Shown here: positions 10,303 to 19,586 of the stretch, in pieces
Position numbering within the stretch: the first letter of the stretch is position 1
Layout: each line of letters starts with the position of its first letter
The notes under the pieces: generated by a model
The model's database searches: none
Told to the model about the DNA's origin: nothing
Seen by the model: only the letters and a program-made list of their open reading frames with translations
Position numbers and translations under genes: made by a program
Source: Bacteroidota bacterium
GTDB taxonomy: Bacteria; Bacteroidota; Bacteroidia; Bacteroidales; GCA-2711565
Assembly: GCA_018816945.1 (NCBI GenBank)
Contig: JAHIVC010000010.1
Location: 69,258 to 133,257 of the forward strand
DNA length: 64,000 nt
Direction: 5' to 3'

Positions 10303-10400
10303 CTTTGTGTCACTTTGTGGCTTCTTTGTGGTTCTTAGTGGCATAGCTAATAAATTGTTACACAGAGCTGCTCAAAGAAGTCACAGAGATACACGAAGAG
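10303..10400. repeat. imperfect palindromic TTTGTG/CACAGAG word element
   Basis: The left arm CTTTGTGTCACTTTGTGGCTTCTTTGTGG mirrors the right arm CACAGAGCTGCTCAAAGAAGTCACAGAGATACACG. TGTGGCTTCTTTG (10316-10328) pairs with CAAAGAAGTCACA (10373-10385) with one G-U wobble. Confidence 0.8.
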
Positions 10401-10535
10401 AATTTTGAATAGGAATGTAATCTGTAATTTACTGTTTATTAATGGTATTTATATTTAATAAAAATTAATTATCTGATTTTCACTAAGTAGGTTTAACCGC
10501 GAAACTTGAGTAAATAATTTTTTTCTTAAAAAACA

Positions 10536-11306
10536 TTGGCGTATTTTCGTCATCTAAAAATTAAAAAAGTGGCAGATAGTTTAGTAATTATTCCAACCTA
10601 TAACGAAAAAGAAAATATTGAGAATATTATTCGTAAGGTTTTTTCGCTTGAAGTAGATTTTCATATCCTTATTATTGAGGATAATTCACCCGATGGTACC
10701 GCGGATATCGTAAAAAAGCTGATGAAAGAATTCCCCGGTCGGCTTCATATTGAAGAACGAAAAGGAAAACTGGGTTTAGGAACGGCTTATATTCATGGTT
10801 TTAGATGGAGCCTGAAACATGGTTACGATTATACCTTTGAGATGGATGCTGATTTTTCACATAATCCCGAAGATTTAATACGTTTACGTCATGCCTGTGC
10901 AAATGAAGGTGGCGATGTTGCCATTGGATCGCGTTATGTTACAGGTGTAAATGTGGTTAATTGGCCAATTGGCCGTGTATTGATGTCGTATTATGCATCA
11001 GCTTATGTTCGCCTCATTACCCGAATGAAAATAAGGGATACAACCGCAGGATTTAAGTGTTATCGAAAGGAGGTTTTACAAGCCATCGATTTAGATAAAA
11101 TTAAGTTCTTGGGTTATGCTTTTCAGATTGAAATGAAATATGTGAGTTGGAAACTTGGGTTTAACGTAGTTGAAGTTCCCATTATCTTTACTGATCGTGT
11201 TGAAGGAACTTCTAAGATGAATTCCAGCATTTTTAAGGAAGCAATCTTTGGCGTAATCGACTTACGGATTCGTGGGATGTTTAATCGCATAAAAAGGGTT
11301 AGTTAA
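10536..11306 (+). CDS. GT2 polyprenol-phosphate glycosyltransferase (Dpm1-like)
   Basis: 256 aa; VIIPTYNEKENI and EDNSPDGT motifs of GT2 Dpm1-type enzymes. TTG start at 10536; GTG at 10569 is an alternative. Confidence 0.85.
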   Translation: MAYFRHLKIKKVADSLVIIPTYNEKENIENIIRKVFSLEVDFHILIIEDNSPDGTADIVKKLMKEFPGRLHIEERKGKLGLGTAYIHGFRWSLKHGYDYTFEMDADFSHNPEDLIRLRHACANEGGDVAIGSRYVTGVNVVNWPIGRVLMSYYASAYVRLITRMKIRDTTAGFKCYRKEVLQAIDLDKIKFLGYAFQIEMKYVSWKLGFNVVEVPIIFTDRVEGTSKMNSSIFKEAIFGVIDLRIRGMFNRIKRVS

Positions 11307-11438
11307 GTCATAAATTATTTCGTATATTGCTAAGGTATAGGTTTTTCCCTGTACCTTTTTTAATGTCCGAACTCAGCATATCAGAACTTAATGGGATAAA
11401 TAAAGTAACATAATTTGAAAAATCTCTAATTCAATACT

Positions 11439-11446
11439 TATATTTG
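11439..11446 (+). promoter_or_regulatory. putative -7 promoter box TATATTTG
   Basis: Fits TAnnTTTG; 55 nt upstream of pyrC ATG 11501 and upstream of hairpin copy 2. Confidence 0.4.
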
Positions 11447-11460
11447 ATAAATCTTGATAT

Positions 11461-11479
11461 CCTGCCTGCGGCAGGCAGG
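11461..11479. repeat. CCTGCC-TGCGGCA-GGCAGG hairpin element, copy 2 (inverted relative to copy 1)
   Basis: The reverse complement reads AGATTCAACCTGCCTGCCGCAGGCAGGATATCAAGAT, near-identical to copy 1 including its flanks. Confidence 0.85.
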
Positions 11480-11500
11480 TTGAATCTAAAACCTAAATGG

Positions 11501-12847
11501 ATGAAATACCAGATAATTAATGCTCGAATCGTAAATGAAGGAAGAATTTTCTCAGGAAGTGTTTTAATTGACGGTGGGATTATTTCACGGGTGATCGAAA
11601 GTGATTTGTGCGAAATTGAGTCATTTCAAGGTTATCAAATCATTGATGCTGAGGGAAATTATTTAATCCCCGGAGTGATTGATGATCAGGTCCATTTTCG
11701 TGATCCCGGAATGACAAATAAAGCTGACATTTATACCGAAAGTAAAGCCGCTGTAGCAGGTGGAGTGACTTCCTACATGGATATGCCCAATACCATTCCG
11801 AATACGTTGACACAAGATTTGTTGGAACAGAAGTATAAACATGCCGCAGAAGTATCTCTGGCAAATTACTCATTCTATATGGGTGCTTCCAACAATAATT
11901 TGGATGAGATTTTAAAAACAGATCCTAAAACGGTGTGTGGAATAAAAGTTTTTATGGGGGCTTCAACAGGGAATATGCTGGTTGATAATCCCAAGGCACT
12001 AAATGATATTTTTCAACATTCAAAATTATTGGTGGCCGTTCATTGTGAAGATGAAAACATCATTCAGCATAATTTAGCTGAATATACTGCTAAATATGGG
12101 GAGAACATTCCAATTATATATCATCCGATCATCAGGAGTACCGAATCCTGTTTTAAATCTTCTGCCTACGCTGTAGAACTTGCAAAAAAACACAATACCC
12201 GTTTGCATATTTTGCATTTATCCACAGCTAGTGAGATGAAGTTGTTTGATTATAAAACTCCCTTGGAAAAGAAAAGGATTACGGCTGAAGTTTGTGTTCA
12301 TCATTTGTACTTTAATGAATCGGATTATGAAAGACTTGGGACTCTGATCAAATGGAATCCTTCCATTAAAAGCAGGGATGATCAGGAAACCCTTTTCCAT
12401 GCTTTGATCGACAACAGACTGGATGTTATAGCTACAGATCATGCACCTCATACGCTTAATGAAAAAAACAATCCCTATTTAAAAGCACCATCCGGAGGGC
12501 CATTGGTCCAACATTCGTTAAATATCATGCTCGAATTTGTTCAGGATAAAAAAATTAGCCTTGAAAAAGTTGTGGAAAAAATGTGCCATGCACCGGCCAT
12601 TTGTTTTCAAATTGAAAAAAGAGGTTTTATCAGGGAAAATTATCATGCTGATTTGGTAATTGTAAATACAAATAGTCCTTGGATCGTGAGTAAAGAGAAT
12701 TTATTATACAAATGTAACTGGTCACCTCTTGAAGGAAAACGATTCAATGCCAAGGTAACACATACTTTTGTGGGTGGAAATCTCGTTTATGAGAATGGGC
12801 AATTCAATGAAAAAATAAAGGGAAAACGGTTAAGTTTTAACAGATAA
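11501..12847 (+). CDS. pyrC: dihydroorotase
   Basis: Amidohydrolase metal motifs DDQVHFRDPG and ATDHAPH. Start set to ATG 11501 (MKYQIINARIV) because the ORF-track TTG start 11444 reads through the hairpin element. Confidence 0.85.
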   Translation: MKYQIINARIVNEGRIFSGSVLIDGGIISRVIESDLCEIESFQGYQIIDAEGNYLIPGVIDDQVHFRDPGMTNKADIYTESKAAVAGGVTSYMDMPNTIPNTLTQDLLEQKYKHAAEVSLANYSFYMGASNNNLDEILKTDPKTVCGIKVFMGASTGNMLVDNPKALNDIFQHSKLLVAVHCEDENIIQHNLAEYTAKYGENIPIIYHPIIRSTESCFKSSAYAVELAKKHNTRLHILHLSTASEMKLFDYKTPLEKKRITAEVCVHHLYFNESDYERLGTLIKWNPSIKSRDDQETLFHALIDNRLDVIATDHAPHTLNEKNNPYLKAPSGGPLVQHSLNIMLEFVQDKKISLEKVVEKMCHAPAICFQIEKRGFIRENYHADLVIVNTNSPWIVSKENLLYKCNWSPLEGKRFNAKVTHTFVGGNLVYENGQFNEKIKGKRLSFNR

Positions 12848-12848
12848 A

Positions 12849-13274
12849 ATGCGAACATTTAAAATTATATCAATTTTTTGTATCCTCCACCTGTTCACCT
12901 ATTGTACCCCGGCCTTAATAAAGAAAGTTGAACAGGTATATGAAGATGGTAGCCCCAAAGTTGTGAGTTATTATTTGAAAAATGAACCCAATGTGCTTTA
13001 TAAACAGGAAGTCTATTATGCTAATCATCAACTCAGAATTGAAGGGCTTTTTGAAAAGGGTGAAAAACATGGCAAATGGATTTATTATTATGAAAATGGG
13101 ATAATATGGAGCAAGGGCGATTTTATAAAAGGTAAAATGGATGGTTTTCATGAAAGCTTTCACCCAAATGGAAAGCTTGACTTTAAGGGAAATTACAAAG
13201 AAGGCTTACGTACAGGCATTTGGTATTTCTATCATGAAAATGGAGAACTCATAAAAGAGGTTAATTACGACTAA
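12849..13274 (+). CDS. MORN-variant repeat (YwqK-like) lipoprotein
   Basis: 141 aa; signal/lipobox-like N-terminus (LFTYC) and repeated G-x-G-W/YYENG units. Starts 1 nt after the pyrC stop. Confidence 0.7.
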   Translation: MRTFKIISIFCILHLFTYCTPALIKKVEQVYEDGSPKVVSYYLKNEPNVLYKQEVYYANHQLRIEGLFEKGEKHGKWIYYYENGIIWSKGDFIKGKMDGFHESFHPNGKLDFKGNYKEGLRTGIWYFYHENGELIKEVNYD

Positions 13275-13361
13275 TAATTGTTTTCATATTATGCTATTAT
13301 TTTGCGTTTTTATAAATAAAGATAAAAGCGCTAGAGTTTAAACGTTAGGCATTAGACACGA

Positions 13362-13380
13362 CCTGCCGGCCGCAGGCAGG
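13362..13380. repeat. CCTGCC-GGCCGCA-GGCAGG hairpin element, copy 3
   Basis: Same stem and CCGCA loop core as copies 1 and 2, followed at once by GATTCAA heptamers. Confidence 0.85.
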
Positions 13381-13415
13381 GATTCAAGATTCAAGACACA
13401 AGATTCAAGAAGGAT
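13381..13415. repeat. heptamer word array: GATTCAA GATTCAA GACACAA GATTCAA GAAGGAT
   Basis: Tandem 7-nt units using the same TCAAGAY word as at 6594. Confidence 0.9.
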
Positions 13416-13426
13416 TTTGTTTTTGA

Positions 13427-13461
13427 TCTAACATCTGGTATCTATTGTCTTACTTGCTTAA
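13427..13461. repeat. heptamer word array: TCTAACA TCTGGTA TCTATTG TCTTACT TGCTTAA
   Basis: TCT recurs every 7 nt, which is the inverse orientation of AGA+N4. Confidence 0.75.
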
Positions 13462-13527
13462 ACTGCTAAATATTAGACGTGTTGAAATGTTTTTCAGGCA
13501 ATATATTCAGGTTCAATTGATGTAAAA

Positions 13528-14556
13528 TTAATTCTTTTTAATGGTGATATAAACCGGTAAATGATCACTGTATCCACCGTAATATCTATTTCCTGAAGCA
13601 GTTCTGTTTGGACGTTTAATTCCTTTATTATCCTCAAAAACAATCCAGTCGGGTTTATAAATTTCAAAACTTGACGGGTCGGTAATTATTGAAGAATTCC
13701 CAATTAAAAGACTTCCTGAAACAATAATCTGATCAAACAAATCCCAGGAATTATAATAAAGTGTTCCTTCACCATTTTGAAATTTATTGAGCGATAAGTT
13801 GTAAAGATTGTTTTTTGAAACTTGTTCGGAAACCGGAAGAGCATTCAGCGATTCGGTGATACTGACATCTGTGGGATTGTCGTTCAAATCACCCATAATA
13901 ATGATATTTGCATCCGGTTCAACACTTAAAATTGAATCTGTTTTTGTTTTAAGAAAAGAGGCTATAAAAATTCGTTTCGCATCGGTTATTTCTTGTCCGC
14001 CGGAACGTGAGGTCCAGTGATTTACAAAAATGTGCAAAACTTTGTCTCCAAAAATATTTCCTTTCGAATAAAGAATATCACGGGTAGTATAAGCAGAATC
14101 AAAAGGAAAATGTATCGCATACCATTGATTAATAATAGGGGAATAAATATCGGGTTTGTAAATTAAGGCTACGTCAATCCCTCTGAAATCAGGACTTTCC
14201 TGATGAATAATTTCATACTTAAAATCGTTGAGGTGCGATTTCCGGATCAAATCCGTTAAAACCTGTCTGTTCTCAACTTCTGCCATCCCAATAAGGGCAG
14301 TTGCTTGCGTGCTATCCATTGAAAGAAATACCTGTGAAATATGGTCAAGTTTTGTAGCGTATTTTTCACTGTTCCAGTTTTGACGACCTTCAGGGGTAAA
14401 TTCTTCATCATTCACATTTGGATCATCAACGGTATCAAACAAATTTTCAACATTGTAGAAAGCAATTTGTGCCATTTCAGGCTTGTCCGATTTTTTAACA
14501 TTACAAGCACTCAGAATTATTAATGCGAGAAATAGAAAGGGAAAAAGCTTTTTCAT
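13528..14556 (-). CDS. endonuclease/exonuclease/phosphatase family lipoprotein
   Basis: 342 aa; lipobox LILSAC and the C-terminal SDHLPV motif typical of the EEP fold. Confidence 0.8.
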   Translation of the reverse strand: MKKLFPFLFLALIILSACNVKKSDKPEMAQIAFYNVENLFDTVDDPNVNDEEFTPEGRQNWNSEKYATKLDHISQVFLSMDSTQATALIGMAEVENRQVLTDLIRKSHLNDFKYEIIHQESPDFRGIDVALIYKPDIYSPIINQWYAIHFPFDSAYTTRDILYSKGNIFGDKVLHIFVNHWTSRSGGQEITDAKRIFIASFLKTKTDSILSVEPDANIIIMGDLNDNPTDVSITESLNALPVSEQVSKNNLYNLSLNKFQNGEGTLYYNSWDLFDQIIVSGSLLIGNSSIITDPSSFEIYKPDWIVFEDNKGIKRPNRTASGNRYYGGYSDHLPVYITIKKN

Positions 14557-14580
14557 CAGATTAGTTTTAATAATCGTTTT

Positions 14581-14961
14581 TTATAAATCAACATCTTTTA
14601 ATCGATCGATATCTCTTCGATCTTTTTTGGTCGGTCTTCCAACGCCATGATCCCGCCACTCGTGATTAAGCTCACGGTTAAATTTTAATTTTTCGTATTC
14701 TTCGGCAGGGGTGAGGTCTTCCATTGCTTCTGCTGCTAGGGTAGCAGAAACACGGTTTTTAAGAATTTGTTTTACTTTAACTGTTTTTATAATTGGATTT
14801 TGTTGAATGGTAACGATTTCTCCAACTTTTACTTCTCGTGAAGGTTTCACTATTTGACTGGCAATGCGAATTTTCGATCCTTTGCATGCATCGGATGCCA
14901 TAGTGCGGCTTTTAAAAATCCGCACTGTCCATAGCCATTTGTCAATCCTGATCGAATCCAA
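14581..14961 (-). CDS. S4-domain RNA-binding protein (Hsp15-like)
   Basis: 126 aa; IRIDKWLWTVRIFKSRTMA S4 motif. Confidence 0.8.
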   Translation of the reverse strand: MDSIRIDKWLWTVRIFKSRTMASDACKGSKIRIASQIVKPSREVKVGEIVTIQQNPIIKTVKVKQILKNRVSATLAAEAMEDLTPAEEYEKLKFNRELNHEWRDHGVGRPTKKDRRDIDRLKDVDL

Positions 14962-14963
14962 TT

Positions 14964-16277
14964 TTATTTCTGTCTAAAATAAACTTCAATTGGCACTCCT
15001 TTGAAATCAAAATTTTCACGGAGTTTATTTTCTAAAAACCTTCGATACGATTCTTTTACCTCAGACGGGAAATTGCAGAAAAACGCAAATGCCGGGAAGT
15101 TAGTAGGTAATTGGGTTACGTATTTAAACTTGATATATTTTCCTCTCGAGCCCGTTGGAGGAGGGGTAGCCTCAATGAGGGGTAAAAATAAATCGTTCAG
15201 TTTTGAAGTCGTAATCTTTGTCGATTTGTTTTTATAAACTTTGTGAGCTAGTTCAAGGGCTTTAAAAATTCGTTGTTTACTCAGCACCGAAGTGAAAATG
15301 ATTGGAACATCATTAAAGGGAGCAATTTTCTCACGGATTTTCTTTTCAAACTCAAGATGTGTATTCGATTCCTTTTCTACTAAATCCCATTTATTCACAA
15401 TGATTACAATGCCTTTGTGATTTTTTTCGGCTAGATGAAAAATATTCAGATCCTGACCCTCTATGCCTTCTTTTGCATCCAGCATCAATAAACAAACATC
15501 ACTTTTTTCAATGGCGCGGATAGAACGCATCACCGAGTAAAACTCAATGTTCTCGGTTACTTTCGCTTTTTTACGGAGTCCTGCAGTATCTACAAACATA
15601 AAGTCGAATCCAAAACTGCTGTATCGTGTATTAATTGTATCGCGCGTAGTACCTGCAATAGGGGTGACAATATTTCGATCAACACCAATAAGAGCATTAA
15701 TAAATGAGGATTTCCCAACATTCGGTCGCCCGATAACTGCATACCAGGGGATTTCATGCTCAATTTCATCTTCCGTTGTTTTTTCAGGAAATGCCGAAAC
15801 GATGGCATCTAATAGGTCCCCCGTTCCACTTCCATTGATCGATGAAATACAAAATACCTCACCCAATCCTAACTGATAAAAGTCGTGAGCTTGTTGAGCT
15901 CTTTGATGATTATCTACTTTGTTGGCAACTAAGATTACTTTTTTCTTTGATTTGCGCAATAAATTGGCCACATCTTCATCCATGGGCATTACCCCATCCA
16001 TGATATCAACCAAAAAGACAATAACATCCGATTCATTAATGGCCAGATCAACCTGTTTGCGTATTTCTTCTTCAAAAATATCATCTGATCCGATAACATA
16101 TCCGCCTGTATCGATAACTGAAAATTTAACGCCGTTCCAATTCGATTGCCCGTAATGGCGATCACGTGTAACGCCGCTTGTTTCTTCAACAATTGCTTCT
16201 CTCGATTCAGTAAGTCTGTTGAACAAGGTCGACTTGCCTACATTAGGTCTGCCTACTATTCCCAGTATATTGCCCAT
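14964..16277 (-). CDS. der: ribosome-associated GTPase Der/EngA
   Basis: 437 aa; two tandem G domains (GRPNVGKST appears twice) plus a KH-like C-terminus. Confidence 0.95.
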   Translation of the reverse strand: MGNILGIVGRPNVGKSTLFNRLTESREAIVEETSGVTRDRHYGQSNWNGVKFSVIDTGGYVIGSDDIFEEEIRKQVDLAINESDVIVFLVDIMDGVMPMDEDVANLLRKSKKKVILVANKVDNHQRAQQAHDFYQLGLGEVFCISSINGSGTGDLLDAIVSAFPEKTTEDEIEHEIPWYAVIGRPNVGKSSFINALIGVDRNIVTPIAGTTRDTINTRYSSFGFDFMFVDTAGLRKKAKVTENIEFYSVMRSIRAIEKSDVCLLMLDAKEGIEGQDLNIFHLAEKNHKGIVIIVNKWDLVEKESNTHLEFEKKIREKIAPFNDVPIIFTSVLSKQRIFKALELAHKVYKNKSTKITTSKLNDLFLPLIEATPPPTGSRGKYIKFKYVTQLPTNFPAFAFFCNFPSEVKESYRRFLENKLRENFDFKGVPIEVYFRQK

Positions 16278-16291
16278 GATTTTTTGTTTAA

Positions 16292-17179
16292 TTATTGTTG
16301 ATATCCAAACCTCTTAAGCTGGAGGTCCTTATCTCTCCAATCTTTATTTACCTTAACAGTAAGCTCCAAAAACACTTGTTTTCCAACGAAATCTTCGATG
16401 TCTTTTCGTGCTTCGGTACCTACTTTTTTTAAGGCTAAACCCCCATGACCAATAATAATTGCTTTTTGTGATTCACGGGCTACAAAGATAAGCGCAAATA
16501 TCTTAATAATTTTATCTGATTCTTTAAATGATTCAACCACAACTTCAACGCTATACGGAATCTCTTTTTTATAGAATAAAAGTATTTTTTCACGAATGAT
16601 TTCTGACACAAAAAACCGCTCTGATTTATCCGTAAGCTCATCTTTCGGGAAATAAGGTGGATTTTCGGGTAGTTTCTCCAATAAGGTATTAAAAACCTGC
16701 TCAAGGTTGAAATGATTTAAAGCTGAAATAGGAATTATCTCTGCCGTTGGCAACTTGATTTGCCACTCACTTATTTGTTGAACAACGGTTTCCTGATCGC
16801 TTAAATCGATTTTATTGATCAAAAGAATGATCGGTAAACCGGAGTTTTTTATCTTATCCAGTACCTCCGGATGGTTAAACTTGTCGTTTACCTCAATCAC
16901 AAGCAGAAAAATATCGGCATCGATCAAAGCCGAATCGATAAACTTCATCATGTATTCATGAAGCTTATAATGAGGGTCGACAATGCCTGGCGTATCGGAA
17001 TAAACGATTTGAAAATCTTCTCCATTCACGATCCCCATCAAGCGATGACGGGTTGTTTGGGCCTTCGAAGTGATGATGGCAAGCTTTTCGCCAACCAATG
17101 CATTTAACAAAGTTGATTTGCCAACATTGGGGTTTCCGATGATGTTTACGAAGCCTGATTTATGAATTTTTTTCTCCAA
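16292..17179 (-). CDS. era: GTPase Era
   Basis: 295 aa; [13 protein letters not shown] and NKID motifs plus a KH domain. TTG start. Confidence 0.95.
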   Translation of the reverse strand: MEKKIHKSGFVNIIGNPNVGKSTLLNALVGEKLAIITSKAQTTRHRLMGIVNGEDFQIVYSDTPGIVDPHYKLHEYMMKFIDSALIDADIFLLVIEVNDKFNHPEVLDKIKNSGLPIILLINKIDLSDQETVVQQISEWQIKLPTAEIIPISALNHFNLEQVFNTLLEKLPENPPYFPKDELTDKSERFFVSEIIREKILLFYKKEIPYSVEVVVESFKESDKIIKIFALIFVARESQKAIIIGHGGLALKKVGTEARKDIEDFVGKQVFLELTVKVNKDWRDKDLQLKRFGYQQ

Positions 17180-17217
17180 TTAGTTTTTTATTATTTGGAT
17201 AACAAAGAAACAAAATA

Positions 17218-17225
17218 TATCTTTG
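17218..17225 (+). promoter_or_regulatory. putative -7 promoter box TATCTTTG for the tRNA
   Basis: Fits TAnnTTTG; 40 nt upstream of the tRNA 5' end. Confidence 0.45.
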
Positions 17226-17264
17226 CACTCCTATTTTAGCGATATACAAAACATAAAAATATAT

Positions 17265-17336
<72 letters not shown>

Positions 17337-17341
17337 CTAAG

Positions 17342-17377
17342 AAAACCTCACACAATTGTGTGAGGTTTTGTGTTTTT
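17342..17377 (+). terminator. intrinsic terminator after the tRNA
   Basis: Perfect palindrome AAAACCTCACAC-AATT-GTGTGAGGTTTT followed by GTGTTTTT. Confidence 0.8.
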
Positions 17378-17429
17378 ATAAAGATTTTTTAATAATGCAC
17401 CACATTCCCGGATTAATAAAATTAATACA

Positions 17430-17444
17430 GTCCCCCTACTAAGA
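17430..17444 (+). repeat. direct repeat of the tRNA 3' end (att-like)
   Basis: GTCCCCCTACTAAGA compared with the tRNA end and trailer GTCCCCGCTACTAAGA (17327-17342); the only difference is a one-base deletion. Confidence 0.7.
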
Positions 17445-17651
17445 GTACCATGGGAACTCCGATCTGAGTAGGTCGGATTTTTATTGTGGGTATAACATAG
17501 TTACAACAAATTAGTGAATTCGCTATTGGTAATGGATAAAAATAAACGATTTTAACAGTAATTAAAAATTCATCTTTTCTTGAAATATAATGTGTTTTAT
17601 TTTAACTTTGATGCTAAACTTAAAATATGGATTTTTATATTTTAACTCGTC

Positions 17652-18779
17652 ATGAAAAAATTTAAGGCTGGAATATTTACAAAACGATACGGATACAAGG
17701 GGTTTAAGCCATCCTTGCTCGAATTTCCTTTTGAATGGGAAAATGATGTAGTAATAAAATTGTTATCAGAAGCTAATACCATGCTCGGGGAACTTAATGT
17801 GTATTCCGAGTTAGTTCCTGATGTCAATTTCTTTATCGAAATGCATAAAGTTAAGGAAGCAACAAATTCTACACGTATTGAGGGGACACGAACAAATATT
17901 GGAGAAGCTGTCCTGAAAAAAACAAACATTGCCCCTGAAAAAAGAGATGACTGGCAAGAAGTAAGAAATTACATTGAAGCTTTAAATTATGCCATTGACC
18001 GCTTGGATAAGTTTCCTCTTTCTATTCGACTGCTTAAAGAAATTCATGCTATCTTACTTTCAGGGGTAAGAGGTGAGCATAAAACGCCCGGTGAAATAAG
18101 GGCAAGCCAGAATTGGATTGGTGGAGCATCAATTGACAGTGCTGTTTTTGTTCCCCCACATCCAAGTGAACTGCCTGAACTTTTGGGCAATTTAGAACTA
18201 TTTTGGCATGATGAAAAAATTACGCTGCCCCATCTGATCCGTATTGCGATTGGTCATTATCAATTTGAAACAATCCACCCTTTTTTAGATGGAAATGGCA
18301 GAATTGGACGACTATTAATTACCCTGCAACTTCTGCATTATGGATTGCTGACTAAACCGGTACTTTATTTATCTGCCTTTTTTGAACAACATAGAGGGGA
18401 ATATTCGGACTCTTTGCTGCACGTTTCAACTTCAAACAATATAGGCCAGTGGCTCCGGTTTTTTATGACCGGAATTATCCAAACTGCCAAAGAAGGAAAA
18501 GAGACTTTTGTGAGTATTGGCAAATTAAGGGAAAAATACCAAAAATCCGTGCTACAATTAGGAAAACGGGCTAAACTGGCGAATCAATTATTACAACACC
18601 TTTATTCCAATCCCATAATCAGCCCCCGGGATGTTGAACAGGTATTGAAAATAACTCCTGCCACGGCAAACCGTTTATTAAAAGAAATGGAAAAAACGGG
18701 AATGTTAATAGAGCGAACCGGATTTTCAAGGAATCGCTTATATGAATTGCATGAGTATTTGGGGTTATTCCAAAGGTAA
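17652..18779 (+). CDS. Fic family protein (AMPylase-type) with C-terminal winged-helix domain
   Basis: 375 aa; canonical Fic motif HPFLDGNGRIGR. An internal inhibitory-helix motif STRIEG fits (S/T)xxxE(G/N) N-terminal to the core, as in class II Fic proteins. Confidence 0.9.
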   Translation: MKKFKAGIFTKRYGYKGFKPSLLEFPFEWENDVVIKLLSEANTMLGELNVYSELVPDVNFFIEMHKVKEATNSTRIEGTRTNIGEAVLKKTNIAPEKRDDWQEVRNYIEALNYAIDRLDKFPLSIRLLKEIHAILLSGVRGEHKTPGEIRASQNWIGGASIDSAVFVPPHPSELPELLGNLELFWHDEKITLPHLIRIAIGHYQFETIHPFLDGNGRIGRLLITLQLLHYGLLTKPVLYLSAFFEQHRGEYSDSLLHVSTSNNIGQWLRFFMTGIIQTAKEGKETFVSIGKLREKYQKSVLQLGKRAKLANQLLQHLYSNPIISPRDVEQVLKITPATANRLLKEMEKTGMLIERTGFSRNRLYELHEYLGLFQR

Positions 18780-18951
18780 AATAAGGTTTATGGCGGCCTT
18801 CAATAATCTTTTTCAAAGAAATAATAAACATAATCTCACCTGTTTAAATAAAATTAATAATTTTTTATTTTAGGTTTTTGTGTTAGATCAATTCTTAAAG
18901 ATTAATTATTTTTTTTGAATGATTATTCGAATCCTTTTGTCTACTACGAAT

Positions 18952-18979
18952 GCCTGGACGATGTCCGGGCTTTTTTTTT
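18952..18979 (+). terminator. intrinsic terminator downstream of fic
   Basis: GCCTGGAC-GAT-GTCCGGGC stem (one G-U pair) followed by nine T. Confidence 0.75.
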
Positions 18980-19204
18980 CTGTTTTTTTTGAAGAAGCCC
19001 TAAAAGCAAAAACCTCCTCAATCGAGAAGGTTTTTAATTTCTGTTTAACTCAAAATTAGGCGGATCGTCTTCTATATCAAGAAAAATGAACGCTATTTAT
19101 TGGTTTTTTAACATGATTTTTGCTCTGACAATCCCTTACCAGACCTTACTAATAATTGATTTCATTCAAAAACTCACTCATGTCGATTTAAGTTTCAAAA
19201 AATA

Positions 19205-19354
19205 TTATTTAAGTTTTAGCTTATAGCCATCCTTTTCGCATATAGGGCAAATGGAGTTTTTAACCATTGAAATATACCCGCATCTATCGCATTTATAATA
19301 TTTGTGATACTTAGGAGTTTTTTTTGTGCTCTTTAATTTTAACCCGAATTTCAT
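19205..19354 (-). CDS. hypothetical 49-aa zinc-ribbon protein (below the ORF-track size cutoff)
   Basis: Own translation: MKFGLKLKSTKKTPKYHKYYKCDRCGYISMVKNSICPICEKDGYKLKLK. Two CxxC pairs sit 11 residues apart and all four Cys use TGC. It lies in an otherwise ORF-free 800-bp region. Confidence 0.35.
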   Translation of the reverse strand: MKFGLKLKSTKKTPKYHKYYKCDRCGYISMVKNSICPICEKDGYKLKLK

Positions 19355-19586
19355 TGTAAAAGTATTATATTGATTTTTGATTTTAAGTATGCAATAGCTG
19401 TGCCAAATGTTGTATTAAGCAGAATTACAGAGTGTTATAAGCAATGATCAAAAAATCAAAAAAATGGAAACCTAAACTTGATTTAAAGCAGATACTTGAA
19501 ATGCCCTGGAATAATTGTATTTACAGACAATTAAGTGTTTTTTAAATATTTACGAAAGCGGAGGGTATTTACGTTATCGGATAGTA

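Noticed and set aside
11444-11500. N-terminal extension of pyrC (TTG start) encoding ...LPAAGRLNL...
   Set aside because: These residues are a translation of the CCTGCC...GGCAGG hairpin element. ATG 11501 gives a normal dihydroorotase N-terminus.
17652-18779. Fic as half of a toxin-antitoxin pair
   Set aside because: There is no small adjacent antitoxin ORF. The inhibitory (S/T)xxxE(G/N) motif (STRIEG) is internal, which fits a self-inhibited class II Fic rather than a two-gene module.
18926-18946. Third tRNA-3'-end-like repeat as a firm attR
   Set aside because: Only TTCGAATCC and CTACTA match, with different spacing from the tRNA. It is too weak to call and is mentioned only as context for the islet finding.
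19086-19226. 46-aa plus-strand hydrophobic ORF (MNAIYWFFNMIFALTIPYQ...) as a type I toxin
   Set aside because: It has no SD or promoter, its 3' end overlaps the zinc-ribbon ORF antisense, and its composition is what AT-rich DNA yields by chance.
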